Made by a program: the position numbers and the translations under genes. A DNA stretch of 24,000 nucleotides from Bacteroidales bacterium (GTDB taxonomy: Bacteria; Bacteroidota; Bacteroidia; Bacteroidales; JAFGXI01): assembly GCA_027064025.1 (NCBI GenBank), contig JAMOQL010000064.1:1-24000 (forward strand). The letters are read 5' to 3'. Below, in pieces: positions 14,595-23,092 of this stretch (its first letter is position 1; the number at the start of each line of letters is the position of its first letter). Below the pieces are notes generated by a model, which saw only the letters and a program-made list of their open reading frames with translations, was not told the DNA's origin and ran no database searches.

Positions 14595-16004
14595 TTAATA
14601 GATTTGAGACCCTGTTCCACCATCGGTAAAGTCGTGACCTAGGAATTCTCTAACACATCTAAATCCTATATATGATTTTGCGGTATCTTCATATTCATAT
14701 GTTCTTGTACCACACTGCATATACATAGCAATATCTTTCCACGATCCACCTCTAACAGACTTTCGTTTTTTCTCTGGTAAATCTTCTGGGAGAGTTTCGT
14801 ATTCGTAATCAGGATTCAAATCGTCTGTATATGAATAAGCTGCAGGATTCCAAGCATTTCTTGTCCATTCTGCCACATTTCCTGCCATATCATAGATTCC
14901 CCAATCATTTGGATCATTATTAGCAACAATTACAGTATGTAATCCTCCATCTGCAGGATAATTTCCTCGCATTGGTTTAAAGTTGGCGATATAACAGCCT
15001 TTGTAATTGGTTGCATAAGGTCCACCCCAAGGATACATGGAGTTTTTCTGTCCACCACGAGCTGCATATTCCCATTCCGATTCTGTTGGTAATCTATAAT
15101 CTTGAACAGTTGGCTGCCCTTCTTCTCTTAGGAATGAGTTCATAAGAATTGTTCTCCAAATACCAAATGCTCTTGCTTGTCTCCAAGTTACACCTACAAC
15201 AGGGTAATGATCGTAAGCAGGATGCCAGAAATAAGACTTAGTCATAGGTTCATTAAACGAATATGTAAAATCACTAATCCAAACTAATGTATCTGGATAA
15301 ACATTAATTACATCTCTCATAATATATGAAGATCTATCTTTAACCTCAATTTTTTCACCACGAGTAGCTCCTTTTGAATGGTCAATAATTTCGCCATCAT
15401 ATTTCTGAGTTTCGTAATTCCATGCAGTTCTATTTTCCGCACCAAAATATTGTTTCTTCGCAGCTTGCTTTAGGTCAATCCAAAAATATTCATAATTTAA
15501 TTTTCTTGTATCAATCTGCTTTTGTCTATAAAATCTTTCATTTTCAGGCAAATACATTTCTTTCAGTGTCTCACGAATATCTTCATCATCAGTATACCAT
15601 TGTATTCTAGACTGCCAATTAATATATGGGGGATCCAAATCTTCATCGAACTCATTAGTCGTAATCAAGTATTCTTCTTCGTCAACATTTTCTCCAAGTA
15701 ATTTATAAGCAATCGAATCTCTAACCCAATATACAAATTGTCGGTATTCATTATTTGTAATTTCAGTTTGGTCAATCCAAAATGCTTTAATAGAAACAGT
15801 TTTTTGTTCAGCAGTCATTGCCCAAGAAACGTCCTGATCATTAGGTCCCATTTGATAACTACCACTCCTACAAAATTGCATTCCGTATGGTTGAGTAGAA
15901 TAATAATATGGTCTATTTTGAACTCCCGTTAACTCTCCGTTGCCCCAATTAGCACAACTGGCAAGTATTACTGTTAATGTTCCTAGAAATAATATTTTTT
16001 TCAT
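14595..16004 (-). CDS. gldK: Gliding motility / T9SS lipoprotein GldK (PorK), FGE-sulfatase-like domain
   Basis: 469-aa ORF with the lipobox LASC. FGE/SUMF1-type motifs are present (RLPTESEWEYAARGG, GNVAEWT, VRGGSW, IGFRCV). It lies upstream of gldL. Confidence 0.9.
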   Translation of the reverse strand: MKKILFLGTLTVILASCANWGNGELTGVQNRPYYYSTQPYGMQFCRSGSYQMGPNDQDVSWAMTAEQKTVSIKAFWIDQTEITNNEYRQFVYWVRDSIAYKLLGENVDEEEYLITTNEFDEDLDPPYINWQSRIQWYTDDEDIRETLKEMYLPENERFYRQKQIDTRKLNYEYFWIDLKQAAKKQYFGAENRTAWNYETQKYDGEIIDHSKGATRGEKIEVKDRSSYIMRDVINVYPDTLVWISDFTYSFNEPMTKSYFWHPAYDHYPVVGVTWRQARAFGIWRTILMNSFLREEGQPTVQDYRLPTESEWEYAARGGQKNSMYPWGGPYATNYKGCYIANFKPMRGNYPADGGLHTVIVANNDPNDWGIYDMAGNVAEWTRNAWNPAAYSYTDDLNPDYEYETLPEDLPEKKRKSVRGGSWKDIAMYMQCGTRTYEYEDTAKSYIGFRCVREFLGHDFTDGGTGSQIY

Positions 16005-16052
16005 ACAATACCTCCTATATATTTATGTCAATATTCAATTGACTAAAAATTC

Positions 16053-17015
16053 TTATAAAAATCTAACACTCTTATAGCTTGTTCTACCTTTAGAACTACT
16101 TAATGAGAAACAATACTTTAACATAACCCCTAACGAACCTACAGATCCTAAATCATTACCAAATGATGTTATTTCATATGAGACTCCAAAAGAAATATTA
16201 TTTTTGAGTGTGGCTCCTGCCATAATTGCTATATCGTTATCAAAGCGATAGGTCATTCCTCCCCAAAACATTTGATTGTAAAGTGCTGTTAAATTGATTG
16301 ATGTTTGTGCTGCAACAAAATCTGTTTTCACAAATACCGATGGTCTTAACTGAATAAGTCCATTAGGTAGTGTATAGTAATAACCTCCTGTGAAATAATA
16401 TGTTCTAGGAAAATAATTACCTTCAGCTCCTGCGTCTGTTGTAAATTTTGGTTGAGTTAAATGCGTAATAGAAACCCCAGCATACATCTCGTTATACTTA
16501 TCGAACGTAGTATGATAAAAAACCCCTAGGTTTGCATCGAAACTAATGTGTGCTTCCTGTTTTGGGACTAACGGATCATCATCGGCACTCCCGTTCGGGT
16601 TATTTAGCATATCAGGTGTCTTCCATTCCCCACTAATAGAGTTTTGCAGCATTCCTATTCCCAAACCAAGACCTAAATCTCCATCATCACCTATCTTCAA
16701 CCTATAAGCATAATTTCCATTCAAATAAAAATTGCTATTAAATCCATTATCGTCCTTGAGAATATTTAATCCCACCCCAGAATTTATGTTATCTAAAGCC
16801 ATATCTCCCGAGAATACCATAGTGGCAGGGCTTTTATCAAAGCCCATCCATTGATTATGATAAATTCCTTTTACGCAAATACCACCATTGGCACCAGCAA
16901 AACCAGGATTTACAGCTAAATGATTAAACATATTGAAACTATACTGCGGGTCTTGCTGACCGTAAGCTGTTGTCAATAAGAAAGTTAATAAGGCTAAGTT
17001 TAGTAGCTTTTTCAT
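16053..17015 (-). CDS. porP: PorP/SprF family T9SS outer-membrane beta-barrel protein
   Basis: 320-aa ORF with a signal peptide followed by QQDPQYSFNMFNHLAVNPGFAG, the hallmark PorP/SprF N-terminal motif. Its position upstream of gldK matches the porP-porKLMN arrangement. Confidence 0.85.
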   Translation of the reverse strand: MKKLLNLALLTFLLTTAYGQQDPQYSFNMFNHLAVNPGFAGANGGICVKGIYHNQWMGFDKSPATMVFSGDMALDNINSGVGLNILKDDNGFNSNFYLNGNYAYRLKIGDDGDLGLGLGIGMLQNSISGEWKTPDMLNNPNGSADDDPLVPKQEAHISFDANLGVFYHTTFDKYNEMYAGVSITHLTQPKFTTDAGAEGNYFPRTYYFTGGYYYTLPNGLIQLRPSVFVKTDFVAAQTSINLTALYNQMFWGGMTYRFDNDIAIMAGATLKNNISFGVSYEITSFGNDLGSVGSLGVMLKYCFSLSSSKGRTSYKSVRFL

Positions 17016-17259
17016 CTGTTTCTATTGTGTTTTATACGTTTTATGTCTGTAATTAGTGGGTAAAATAAGTAAAAATTTTGCTCACTAACAAATTTTATTA
17101 ACAATTATTCGTTGATAAAGACTATTAAACTTAACAATCTTTAACAAAAGAGTTTTTAAATCAAGACTTTAGAGAAATAATTAAACCCATGTATTATTTC
17201 AAAACATAAAGATAACGATAATAATTTAATTATTATTGTCTAACTTTATTAATATCTAC

Positions 17260-18459
17260 CTAAATAGTTCGGCCAGGATAGACTTTTAGAGCCTTCTCGA
17301 AAACCTCCATTGCAGCTTTTAAATCTTCTATTTTAAGAACATACGCAATCCTAACTTCATTTTTACCTAATCCTTTTGTTGAATAAAATCCATCTGCAGG
17401 CGCTACCATAACAGTTTGATTCTTATACTCAAAATCTTCTAGTAACCATTGGGCAAACTTACTAGAATCATCAATAGGCAGGCTAACCACGGTATAAAAA
17501 GCCCCTTTTGGCAAAGGACTAAAAACGCCCTCCATATTGTTTAAGGCTTCGACCATAAAATTTCGACGTTCAATATATTCGTTGTAAACTTCTTCGAAAT
17601 ACTCTTTTGGTGTATCCAAAGACGCTTCGCCAACTATTTGTCCAAACGATGGTGGACTTAATCGTGCTTGGGCAAATTTCATAGCAGTTTTCATAACTGC
17701 TTTATTTTTTGAAATTAACGCTCCTATACGAACCCCACACTCACTATAACGTTTAGAAACAGAGTCCATCATAATCACATTATCCTCAATACCTTCTAAA
17801 TGCATTGCCGAAATATGATTTGCTCCATCGTATACAAATTCACGATAAACCTCGTCGGAAAACAAGTACAAATCATTGGTTTTAACAATATCTCTAAGAC
17901 GATCTAATTCGTCTTGTGAATATAGATAACCCGTAGGATTATTAGGGTTGCAAATTACTATTCCCTTAGTTTTTTCATTGATTAATTTTTCGAATTCTTC
18001 AATTGCAGGTAGAGCAAAATCATTCTCTATTTTAGATGTAATAGGAACAACTTTGATACCGGCCGCAGTTGCAAATCCATTATAATTAGCATAAAATGGC
18101 TCTGGAATAATAATCTCATCACCAGGATTTAGACAAGATAATAATGCAAAAGAAATTGCTTCCGATCCTCCAGTAGTAATCATCACTTCATTCTCGTCAA
18201 TATCAATGTCTATGCCTTTATAATAATTGATAATTTTCTTTCTGTAAGAAATATTACCCGCCGAATGGCTATATTCCACTACTTTAAGATCCCAGTTTTT
18301 AATTGCATTAATAGCAACTTCTGGTGTTTTGATATCTGGCTGACCAATATTCAGATGATATACTTTACGTCCTTTTTTTTTGGCCGCTTCGGCAAATGGA
18401 ACCAATTTTCTAATTGGCGACTCTGGCATTTCAATACCTCTATTCGAAATTTGTGGCAT
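17260..18459 (-). CDS. Pyridoxal-phosphate-dependent aminotransferase, class I (aspartate/aromatic aminotransferase-like)
   Basis: 399-aa ORF. It has PESPIRKL near the N-terminus, NPNNPTG, and the PLP-lysine motif SVSKRYSECGVRIG. Confidence 0.88.
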   Translation of the reverse strand: MPQISNRGIEMPESPIRKLVPFAEAAKKKGRKVYHLNIGQPDIKTPEVAINAIKNWDLKVVEYSHSAGNISYRKKIINYYKGIDIDIDENEVMITTGGSEAISFALLSCLNPGDEIIIPEPFYANYNGFATAAGIKVVPITSKIENDFALPAIEEFEKLINEKTKGIVICNPNNPTGYLYSQDELDRLRDIVKTNDLYLFSDEVYREFVYDGANHISAMHLEGIEDNVIMMDSVSKRYSECGVRIGALISKNKAVMKTAMKFAQARLSPPSFGQIVGEASLDTPKEYFEEVYNEYIERRNFMVEALNNMEGVFSPLPKGAFYTVVSLPIDDSSKFAQWLLEDFEYKNQTVMVAPADGFYSTKGLGKNEVRIAYVLKIEDLKAAMEVFEKALKVYPGRTI

Positions 18460-18484
18460 ATCCTTAATTCTTTAATTTATATTT

Positions 18485-18883
18485 TTATATATGATTTGTC
18501 TTCGATAATACTTTTCCTTTTATTTGAATTCTAACTAGCGAATTAGATGCGTTGGAGTAAACACTTATTGTTTTATGAAATGCTCCAACTCTTTTTGTAT
18601 CATAATGTACTAATATTTTATCTTTTCTATTTTTCTTAATCGGACTCATTGGTTTATGAGGAACGGTGCAGCCTCAACTCGATTTTACACTTTTAATAAT
18701 TAAAGGCCCTTTCCCTATATTTCGAAAAACAAAATTATGATTTCCTGGGCTATTATATTGTATATCTCCAAAATCAAAAATTGGGTTTCGGAACTCAATC
18801 TTTGGCAAATTCTGGTCTATTGAATCTTGCGAGAACCCTAACAAAGAATTAAGTAATATGATAATAATTATTATTGATTTCAT
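18485..18883 (-). pseudogene. DUF1573-family secreted protein interrupted by one in-frame TGA (complement of 18674-18676) at the first Cys of the SCGCT motif; either a nonsense pseudogene or a recoded (Sec/readthrough) gene
   Basis: The ORF track gives 18674..18883 (signal peptide + FDFGDIQYNSPGNHNFVFRNIGKGPLIIKSVKSS*). My translation continues in the same frame after the TGA for 62 codons to TAA at 18485-18487: GCTVPHKPMSPIKKNRKDKILVHYDTKRVGAFHKTISVYSNASNSLVRIQIKGKVLSKTNHI*. This completes a normal DUF1573 domain of about 132 aa. Confidence 0.65.
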
Positions 18884-18917
18884 AAAATCCTTAATATTTT
18901 AATTTTGTGTATGTGTA

Positions 18918-18925
18918 CAAAGATA
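18918..18925 (-). promoter_or_regulatory. Bacteroidota -7 promoter box TATCTTTG upstream of the DUF1573 gene
   Basis: The plus strand reads CAAAGATA, 35 nt upstream of the ATG at 18883. It is the identical octamer to the one upstream of the DPP-IV gene. Confidence 0.4.
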
Positions 18926-18977
18926 ATTTATTCTAAAAAAAATCGTTTTCGAATCACTAAAAATTTATACTATTTAA

Positions 18978-19301
18978 TTAATTTTCTAAATCTTTTACAT
19001 TTCTCTGAAGAGATTCATGGAGATTAAACTTTTGATATTCGCCTTTGGCATAGATTTTAAACTTAAAAAGTGGTACAGGATCGTAACCTTGAGTTCCCCA
19101 AGGATGACACTTCCCTATTCTTTTTATGGCCATTAAACTGCCCTCTTGCAAGCCATGTCTTGTGATGGACTGAGAAGCATAGGTCGAACAAGTTGGGTAA
19201 TGACGACAAGCTGCAGGAGTAAATGGTGAGATAGCATATTTATATATTCCTATCAGAAGTAATGAGGGAAATGACAATAAGAGCTTTATAACTTTTGGCA
19301 T
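18978..19301 (-). CDS. yidD: Membrane protein insertion efficiency factor YidD (with a C-terminal extension of about 30 aa)
   Basis: 107-aa ORF with the YidD signature YKYAISPFTPAACRHYPTCSTYASQSITRHG...GKCHPWGTQGYDPVP. Confidence 0.85.
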   Translation of the reverse strand: MPKVIKLLLSFPSLLLIGIYKYAISPFTPAACRHYPTCSTYASQSITRHGLQEGSLMAIKRIGKCHPWGTQGYDPVPLFKFKIYAKGEYQKFNLHESLQRNVKDLEN

Positions 19302-19321
19302 TTTGCAAAGTTAATGCTTAT

Positions 19322-19879
19322 TTATAGATATTTATTAAAATCTTGAGGTGTGTTAATATTTACAAAACATGAACGATCTGTAACTTCAATCACCTTAGCG
19401 TTTACTTTATCAAGTATATGGGTTAATCGATAATCTTGATTTTTAATCTGTAATTCAATAACTGGTAGAATACTTTTGTGATAAATTGCAAACAAAGGCT
19501 CTTTATTGCTTTGATATTGAGGGACAATAACTTTGTCATTTTCTCCTATTTGTGATAAAAGATATTCTACAAATTGGGATTTTACCATCGGACTATCGCA
19601 AGGCAAAATAATTATAAAATCGGTGTGTGAATTCCTTAATGCCGAATGTATTCCTGCAATAGGTCCAATTTTATGATATTCGTCTGCAATAATTCTATAC
19701 GAAAACGTTTGATGAATATTTTTACTAGAGCTAATTAGAATTTCAGAACAATATGGTTTTAATGCAGTAATTGAGAATTCTATGAGCTTTTGTTCCTTGA
19801 ACTGCATTAAACTTTTTTCTTCCCCCATCCGACTACTTTCTCCACCGGCAAGGACAACGCCTGTAATGTTGATTTTCAT
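19322..19879 (-). CDS. mobA: Molybdenum cofactor guanylyltransferase MobA
   Basis: 185-aa ORF. N-terminal GVVLAGGESSRMGEEKSLM and the later PCDSP motif are typical of MobA. Confidence 0.8.
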   Translation of the reverse strand: MKINITGVVLAGGESSRMGEEKSLMQFKEQKLIEFSITALKPYCSEILISSSKNIHQTFSYRIIADEYHKIGPIAGIHSALRNSHTDFIIILPCDSPMVKSQFVEYLLSQIGENDKVIVPQYQSNKEPLFAIYHKSILPVIELQIKNQDYRLTHILDKVNAKVIEVTDRSCFVNINTPQDFNKYL

Positions 19880-19898
19880 AATAACAGAAAAAAATTAT

Positions 19899-20747
19899 TT
19901 AGTCTTCTATTCCTGTAGATATTCTACGGTTCTTAACAACTTTCTTAGAAATCCGAATACTTAATTCGTAAAGAAATAGTAGCGGAATGGATACTAATAT
20001 TTGAGAAAAAACATCGGGAGGAGTGATAATAGCCGCCAAAACTACAAAAACCACAATGAAATGCTTTCTGTAAATTCGTAAAAATTCTGGGGTTACCATT
20101 CCTATTTTTGTTAAGAAATAAATAATAATTGGCAACTCAAAAATTACTCCACTGGCTAGAGTAATAGAGGTTAGTATTGAAAAATACGAATCAAAATTAA
20201 TTTGATTAACCACCTGGTCACTAATCGAATATGTTCCTAAAAAATTAAGTGATAGGGGAACAATCATATAATAACCAAATAATACACCAACGGAAAAAAG
20301 GAAAGAAACAGCAAACAATAACCCATTTGTATTTTTTATTTCATTTTGACGAAGTGCTGGTTTGATAAACTTCCATAATTCCCAAATCAAATATGGAAAG
20401 GCAACCACAACCCCTGAAATGATAGAAATAACAATATGGGCTTTGAACTGTCCAGCAAGTTTAATATTAATAATATCAAATTTGAATTGATTGATACAAA
20501 TATCTAAATTAAGTATATCGCCAAGTCGACAAAGTACATGGTTTGTAAAAAACCAAGGCTCGCGTGGGGCTAATATAACTTTATTGAACAAGAAATCTTT
20601 GAAAAAGAAAGCTACAATAGCCATAACTATAACTACAGAAATACCACGAATTAAATGCACTCGAAAATCATCTAAATGATCGCCAAAACTCATTTTTTTT
20701 TCTTGATTATTCTTTTTTGTTACTTTAACTTCTTCTGACATACTCAA
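19899..20747 (-). CDS. tatC: Twin-arginine translocase subunit TatC
   Basis: 282-aa ORF. It has the SFGDHLDDFRVHLIR N-terminus (TatC HLxELR-type motif), six hydrophobic helices and the PPD motif (ITPPDVFSQ). Confidence 0.9.
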   Translation of the reverse strand: MSMSEEVKVTKKNNQEKKMSFGDHLDDFRVHLIRGISVVIVMAIVAFFFKDFLFNKVILAPREPWFFTNHVLCRLGDILNLDICINQFKFDIINIKLAGQFKAHIVISIISGVVVAFPYLIWELWKFIKPALRQNEIKNTNGLLFAVSFLFSVGVLFGYYMIVPLSLNFLGTYSISDQVVNQINFDSYFSILTSITLASGVIFELPIIIYFLTKIGMVTPEFLRIYRKHFIVVFVVLAAIITPPDVFSQILVSIPLLFLYELSIRISKKVVKNRRISTGIED

Positions 20748-20779
20748 TTAAAAACTTGATATATTATCAATATAATTTC

Positions 20780-20814
20780 AAAAAAAAATTGACACCAAAC
20801 TCTTGAATGTCAAT
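20780..20814 (-). terminator. Possible weak terminator after tatA (ATTGACA-13 nt-TGTCAAT followed by a T-run on the minus strand)
   Basis: A 7-bp AT-rich stem (20788-20794 with 20808-20814) with a run of T on the minus strand (20780-20787). The large loop and weak stem suggest termination is at most partial. Confidence 0.35.
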
Positions 20815-20848
20815 ATTTAGAAATATTTTATATTAAAAAAATAGTTGC

Positions 20849-21061
20849 TTATTTCTCAATTTTAGAGGTAGATTTATCTTCGGTAGGTTTTGCTTCTTCG
20901 CCAGACCCATTAATACCATCTTTAAATTCTTTTACGCCTTTTCCCATTCCTCTCATAAGTTCAGGAATTTTCTTTCCGCCGAATAATACTAGAACGATCA
21001 CAACAATAAAAATCCACTCCGAACCGCCTGGCATTCCAAATAATAACACTGAATCTAACAT
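20849..21061 (-). CDS. tatA: Twin-arginine translocase subunit TatA/E
   Basis: 70-aa ORF with WIFIVVIVLVLFGGKKIPELMRGMGKGVKEFKDG, the TatA TM helix plus amphipathic-helix signature. The start at 21061 is TTG. An alternative ATG at 21034 would give MPGGSEW... Confidence 0.85.
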   Translation of the reverse strand: MLDSVLLFGMPGGSEWIFIVVIVLVLFGGKKIPELMRGMGKGVKEFKDGINGSGEEAKPTEDKSTSKIEK

Positions 21062-21084
21062 AATAAAATTTATTTGTTTTGGAC

Positions 21085-21092
21085 AAAGTTAA
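21085..21092 (-). promoter_or_regulatory. Bacteroidota -7 promoter box TAACTTTG upstream of tatA
   Basis: The plus strand reads CAAAGTTA, 24 nt upstream of the TTG start at 21061. Confidence 0.35.
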
Positions 21093-21183
21093 GATAAAAT
21101 TTCATAATAAATCTAAGCTTTTTAGAATTAATCTTTCCATTTAACAAATTAAAGTATGATAATACCTAAATATGTTTCTTCAA

Positions 21184-21939
21184 TTAATCTGACTCTAACC
21201 AAGATTTAAAGGCCTGGACCTTTTCTCTACTCACAATTAAATCTTCATCAAAAAAAGTGTCCAACACCACCTTTAATCGAGAATTGGAATACGAAATAAT
21301 ATCGGTAATAAAGTCTAAGGCCACAATATGCTTTCTGTTAATTCTGAAAAAATCTTTTGGTGATAATAGTTTAGTTATATTATCTAAGGAATAATCAACT
21401 AAAATATCTTTTGCTGTTCTAATATATGTGCCTTTATTCTGACTATATACCAAGCGAATATCTTTTGTTTCGACAATTCGTATATGCTCGCCAATTTTTA
21501 CTGTAAAACGCTTTTTGTATTCGTTATTTAATAATTGTTTAAAATCTTCTATTAATCTTTTTTCATCAATTTTCGGAGACCCATTTTTCCAGTACTTTTC
21601 ATATTTATAAATAGCGTTTTCTAAATCTGATTTTGCAATAGGCTTTAATATATAATCGATACTATTATGTTTAAATGCTTGTATAGCATACTGATTATAA
21701 GCTGTTGTAAATATAATAGGAAAAGAAATATCACTTTGTTCCAAAATCTCGAAACTTAAACCATCGGAGAGTTCGATATCGAAAAAAGATAAATCAAAAT
21801 GATTTTTGTTAATAAGCGACACCGCAGACTTAATAGACGATGCGTGAATAATACTCTTTATTTGTATATCTATCTTTTGTAACAAAAATTCTAATTTCTC
21901 AAAAGCTAATTTTTCGTCTTCAACAATTAATATATTCAT
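21184..21939 (-). CDS. LytR/AlgR-family response regulator (receiver + LytTR DNA-binding domain)
   Basis: 251-aa ORF. The receiver domain (MNILIVEDE..., FFDIELSD, ILKP) is followed by a LytTR-type C-terminal domain (FRINRKHIVAL...). It starts 12 nt after the upstream kinase. Confidence 0.9.
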   Translation of the reverse strand: MNILIVEDEKLAFEKLEFLLQKIDIQIKSIIHASSIKSAVSLINKNHFDLSFFDIELSDGLSFEILEQSDISFPIIFTTAYNQYAIQAFKHNSIDYILKPIAKSDLENAIYKYEKYWKNGSPKIDEKRLIEDFKQLLNNEYKKRFTVKIGEHIRIVETKDIRLVYSQNKGTYIRTAKDILVDYSLDNITKLLSPKDFFRINRKHIVALDFITDIISYSNSRLKVVLDTFFDEDLIVSREKVQAFKSWLESD

Positions 21940-21951
21940 AATATTTAAGAA

Positions 21952-22980
21952 TTAAGGCAGGGATTCTAATAATGGTAAACGAACTACAAATAAAGAATTT
22001 TCAGATATAAATTCACATTTTCTATCTGTCAAAATTTGATATCTTTTTTCAATATTTTTTAAACCCAAACCATGAGACCCTTCCTTATTATTTTTCAATT
22101 GAATTGGATTTGTAATTTTTACAAAGTTATTTTCTACAGATATGGTTAGCTTCATATGATGTTGATCAGACACAATATTATGTTTAAACACATTCTCAAT
22201 CACCAATTGTAAAGCCATTGGTATCAAAAATTTCTCTTTATGATTCGAGATATTTTCAATCTCAATATTAAAATTTTTATCGAAGCGAATAGTCTGTAAT
22301 GCGGCGTATTTTTTTACGAAAATAAGTTCCTCTTTTAAGGATACTATATCATCGTCTTGATGATCTAATATATAACGGTAAATACTCGCTAAATTAATAG
22401 TAAACGCATCTGCTTTTTCTGCATCCTTATAAATAAGTGTACTTAATACATTTAAACTATTAAATAAAAAGTGTGGATTAATCTGATTTTTTAAGGTTTC
22501 GTACTGAAACTTAGCAGCCATTTCTTCATTTCTTTGACTTTCTTTTTCTGCAGAAATCAATTTTGACATATAAGATTTAGAAAGAATTATGAAAAAAATT
22601 ATGATTCCTATAAAAATAGTCAGTAAACTTGAAATTAATCCACTTGAATTTGTAAAAACAAAGGTAAATGGAAGCTCTTGAGTATAATGATACCAAAGTA
22701 CATTAACCACAAATACATCGATGGTAATATACAAAAATATAGATATTAGTAAAATAGTATATGTTTTTATGGGTTGTAATTTTAGGTCTAAACGTTTTAA
22801 TACCAATTGTGTAATTAGACCACTCAACGAAATGGATAAGCCAATAATAAGTCCATATAAAATGTTTAGAAAAAGTCCAAAAGCATCAGAATTAATTCCT
22901 CCAAACGAAAAATCAAAAACAAAGGTAATAATTACACTTAGCAAAAAGATAATAAGAATATTTTTAAGATTTTTGTTCAT
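21952..22980 (-). CDS. LytS/YehU-type sensor histidine kinase (His_kinase domain, multi-TM N-terminus)
   Basis: 342-aa ORF. Four or more N-terminal TM helices are followed by QINPHFLFNSLNVLSTLI (signature of the LytS-type H-box) and the C-terminal ATPase motif GHGLGLKNIEKRY. Confidence 0.85.
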   Translation of the reverse strand: MNKNLKNILIIFLLSVIITFVFDFSFGGINSDAFGLFLNILYGLIIGLSISLSGLITQLVLKRLDLKLQPIKTYTILLISIFLYITIDVFVVNVLWYHYTQELPFTFVFTNSSGLISSLLTIFIGIIIFFIILSKSYMSKLISAEKESQRNEEMAAKFQYETLKNQINPHFLFNSLNVLSTLIYKDAEKADAFTINLASIYRYILDHQDDDIVSLKEELIFVKKYAALQTIRFDKNFNIEIENISNHKEKFLIPMALQLVIENVFKHNIVSDQHHMKLTISVENNFVKITNPIQLKNNKEGSHGLGLKNIEKRYQILTDRKCEFISENSLFVVRLPLLESLP

Positions 22981-23092
22981 TTCCTTATTTTAAGACATTT
23001 ATAAAAATACTATTTTTTTGATAATAGTAGAGTGCAAGACCTTTTTTGTAAATCTATCACTCTACTTCCTAGAGTAAACTATAGCCGAAATA

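Noticed and set aside
11283-15932. Plus-strand ORFs 11283-11624, 12083-12331, 12572-12805, 14086-14325, 15422-15610 and 15738-15932 inside gldN, gldM, gldL and gldK
   Set aside because: All lie wholly within strongly supported minus-strand genes, have no start context or promoter box, and give compositionally odd translations. They are treated as frame shadows.
16005-16052. Small inverted repeat GTCAAT-attca-ATTGAC in the porP-gldK gap
   Set aside because: It is a 6-bp AT-rich stem, expected by chance at this base composition.
11009-17015. porP-gldK-gldL-gldM-gldN as the candidate novel system
   Set aside because: This is the well-characterised core of the Bacteroidota type IX secretion / gliding motility machinery in its standard gene order. 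Protein lengths differ somewhat from those in model organisms, but nothing in the sequences suggests a new function.
23016-23056. 9-bp inverted repeat AGTAGAGTG...CACTCTACT with a 23-nt loop between the TPR-like gene and the LytS-type kinase, considered as a terminator
   Set aside because: The loop is very large and there is no T-run after the stem on either strand. It could be an operator for the lytS/lytTR pair, but I have no supporting evidence, so it is not called as a feature.
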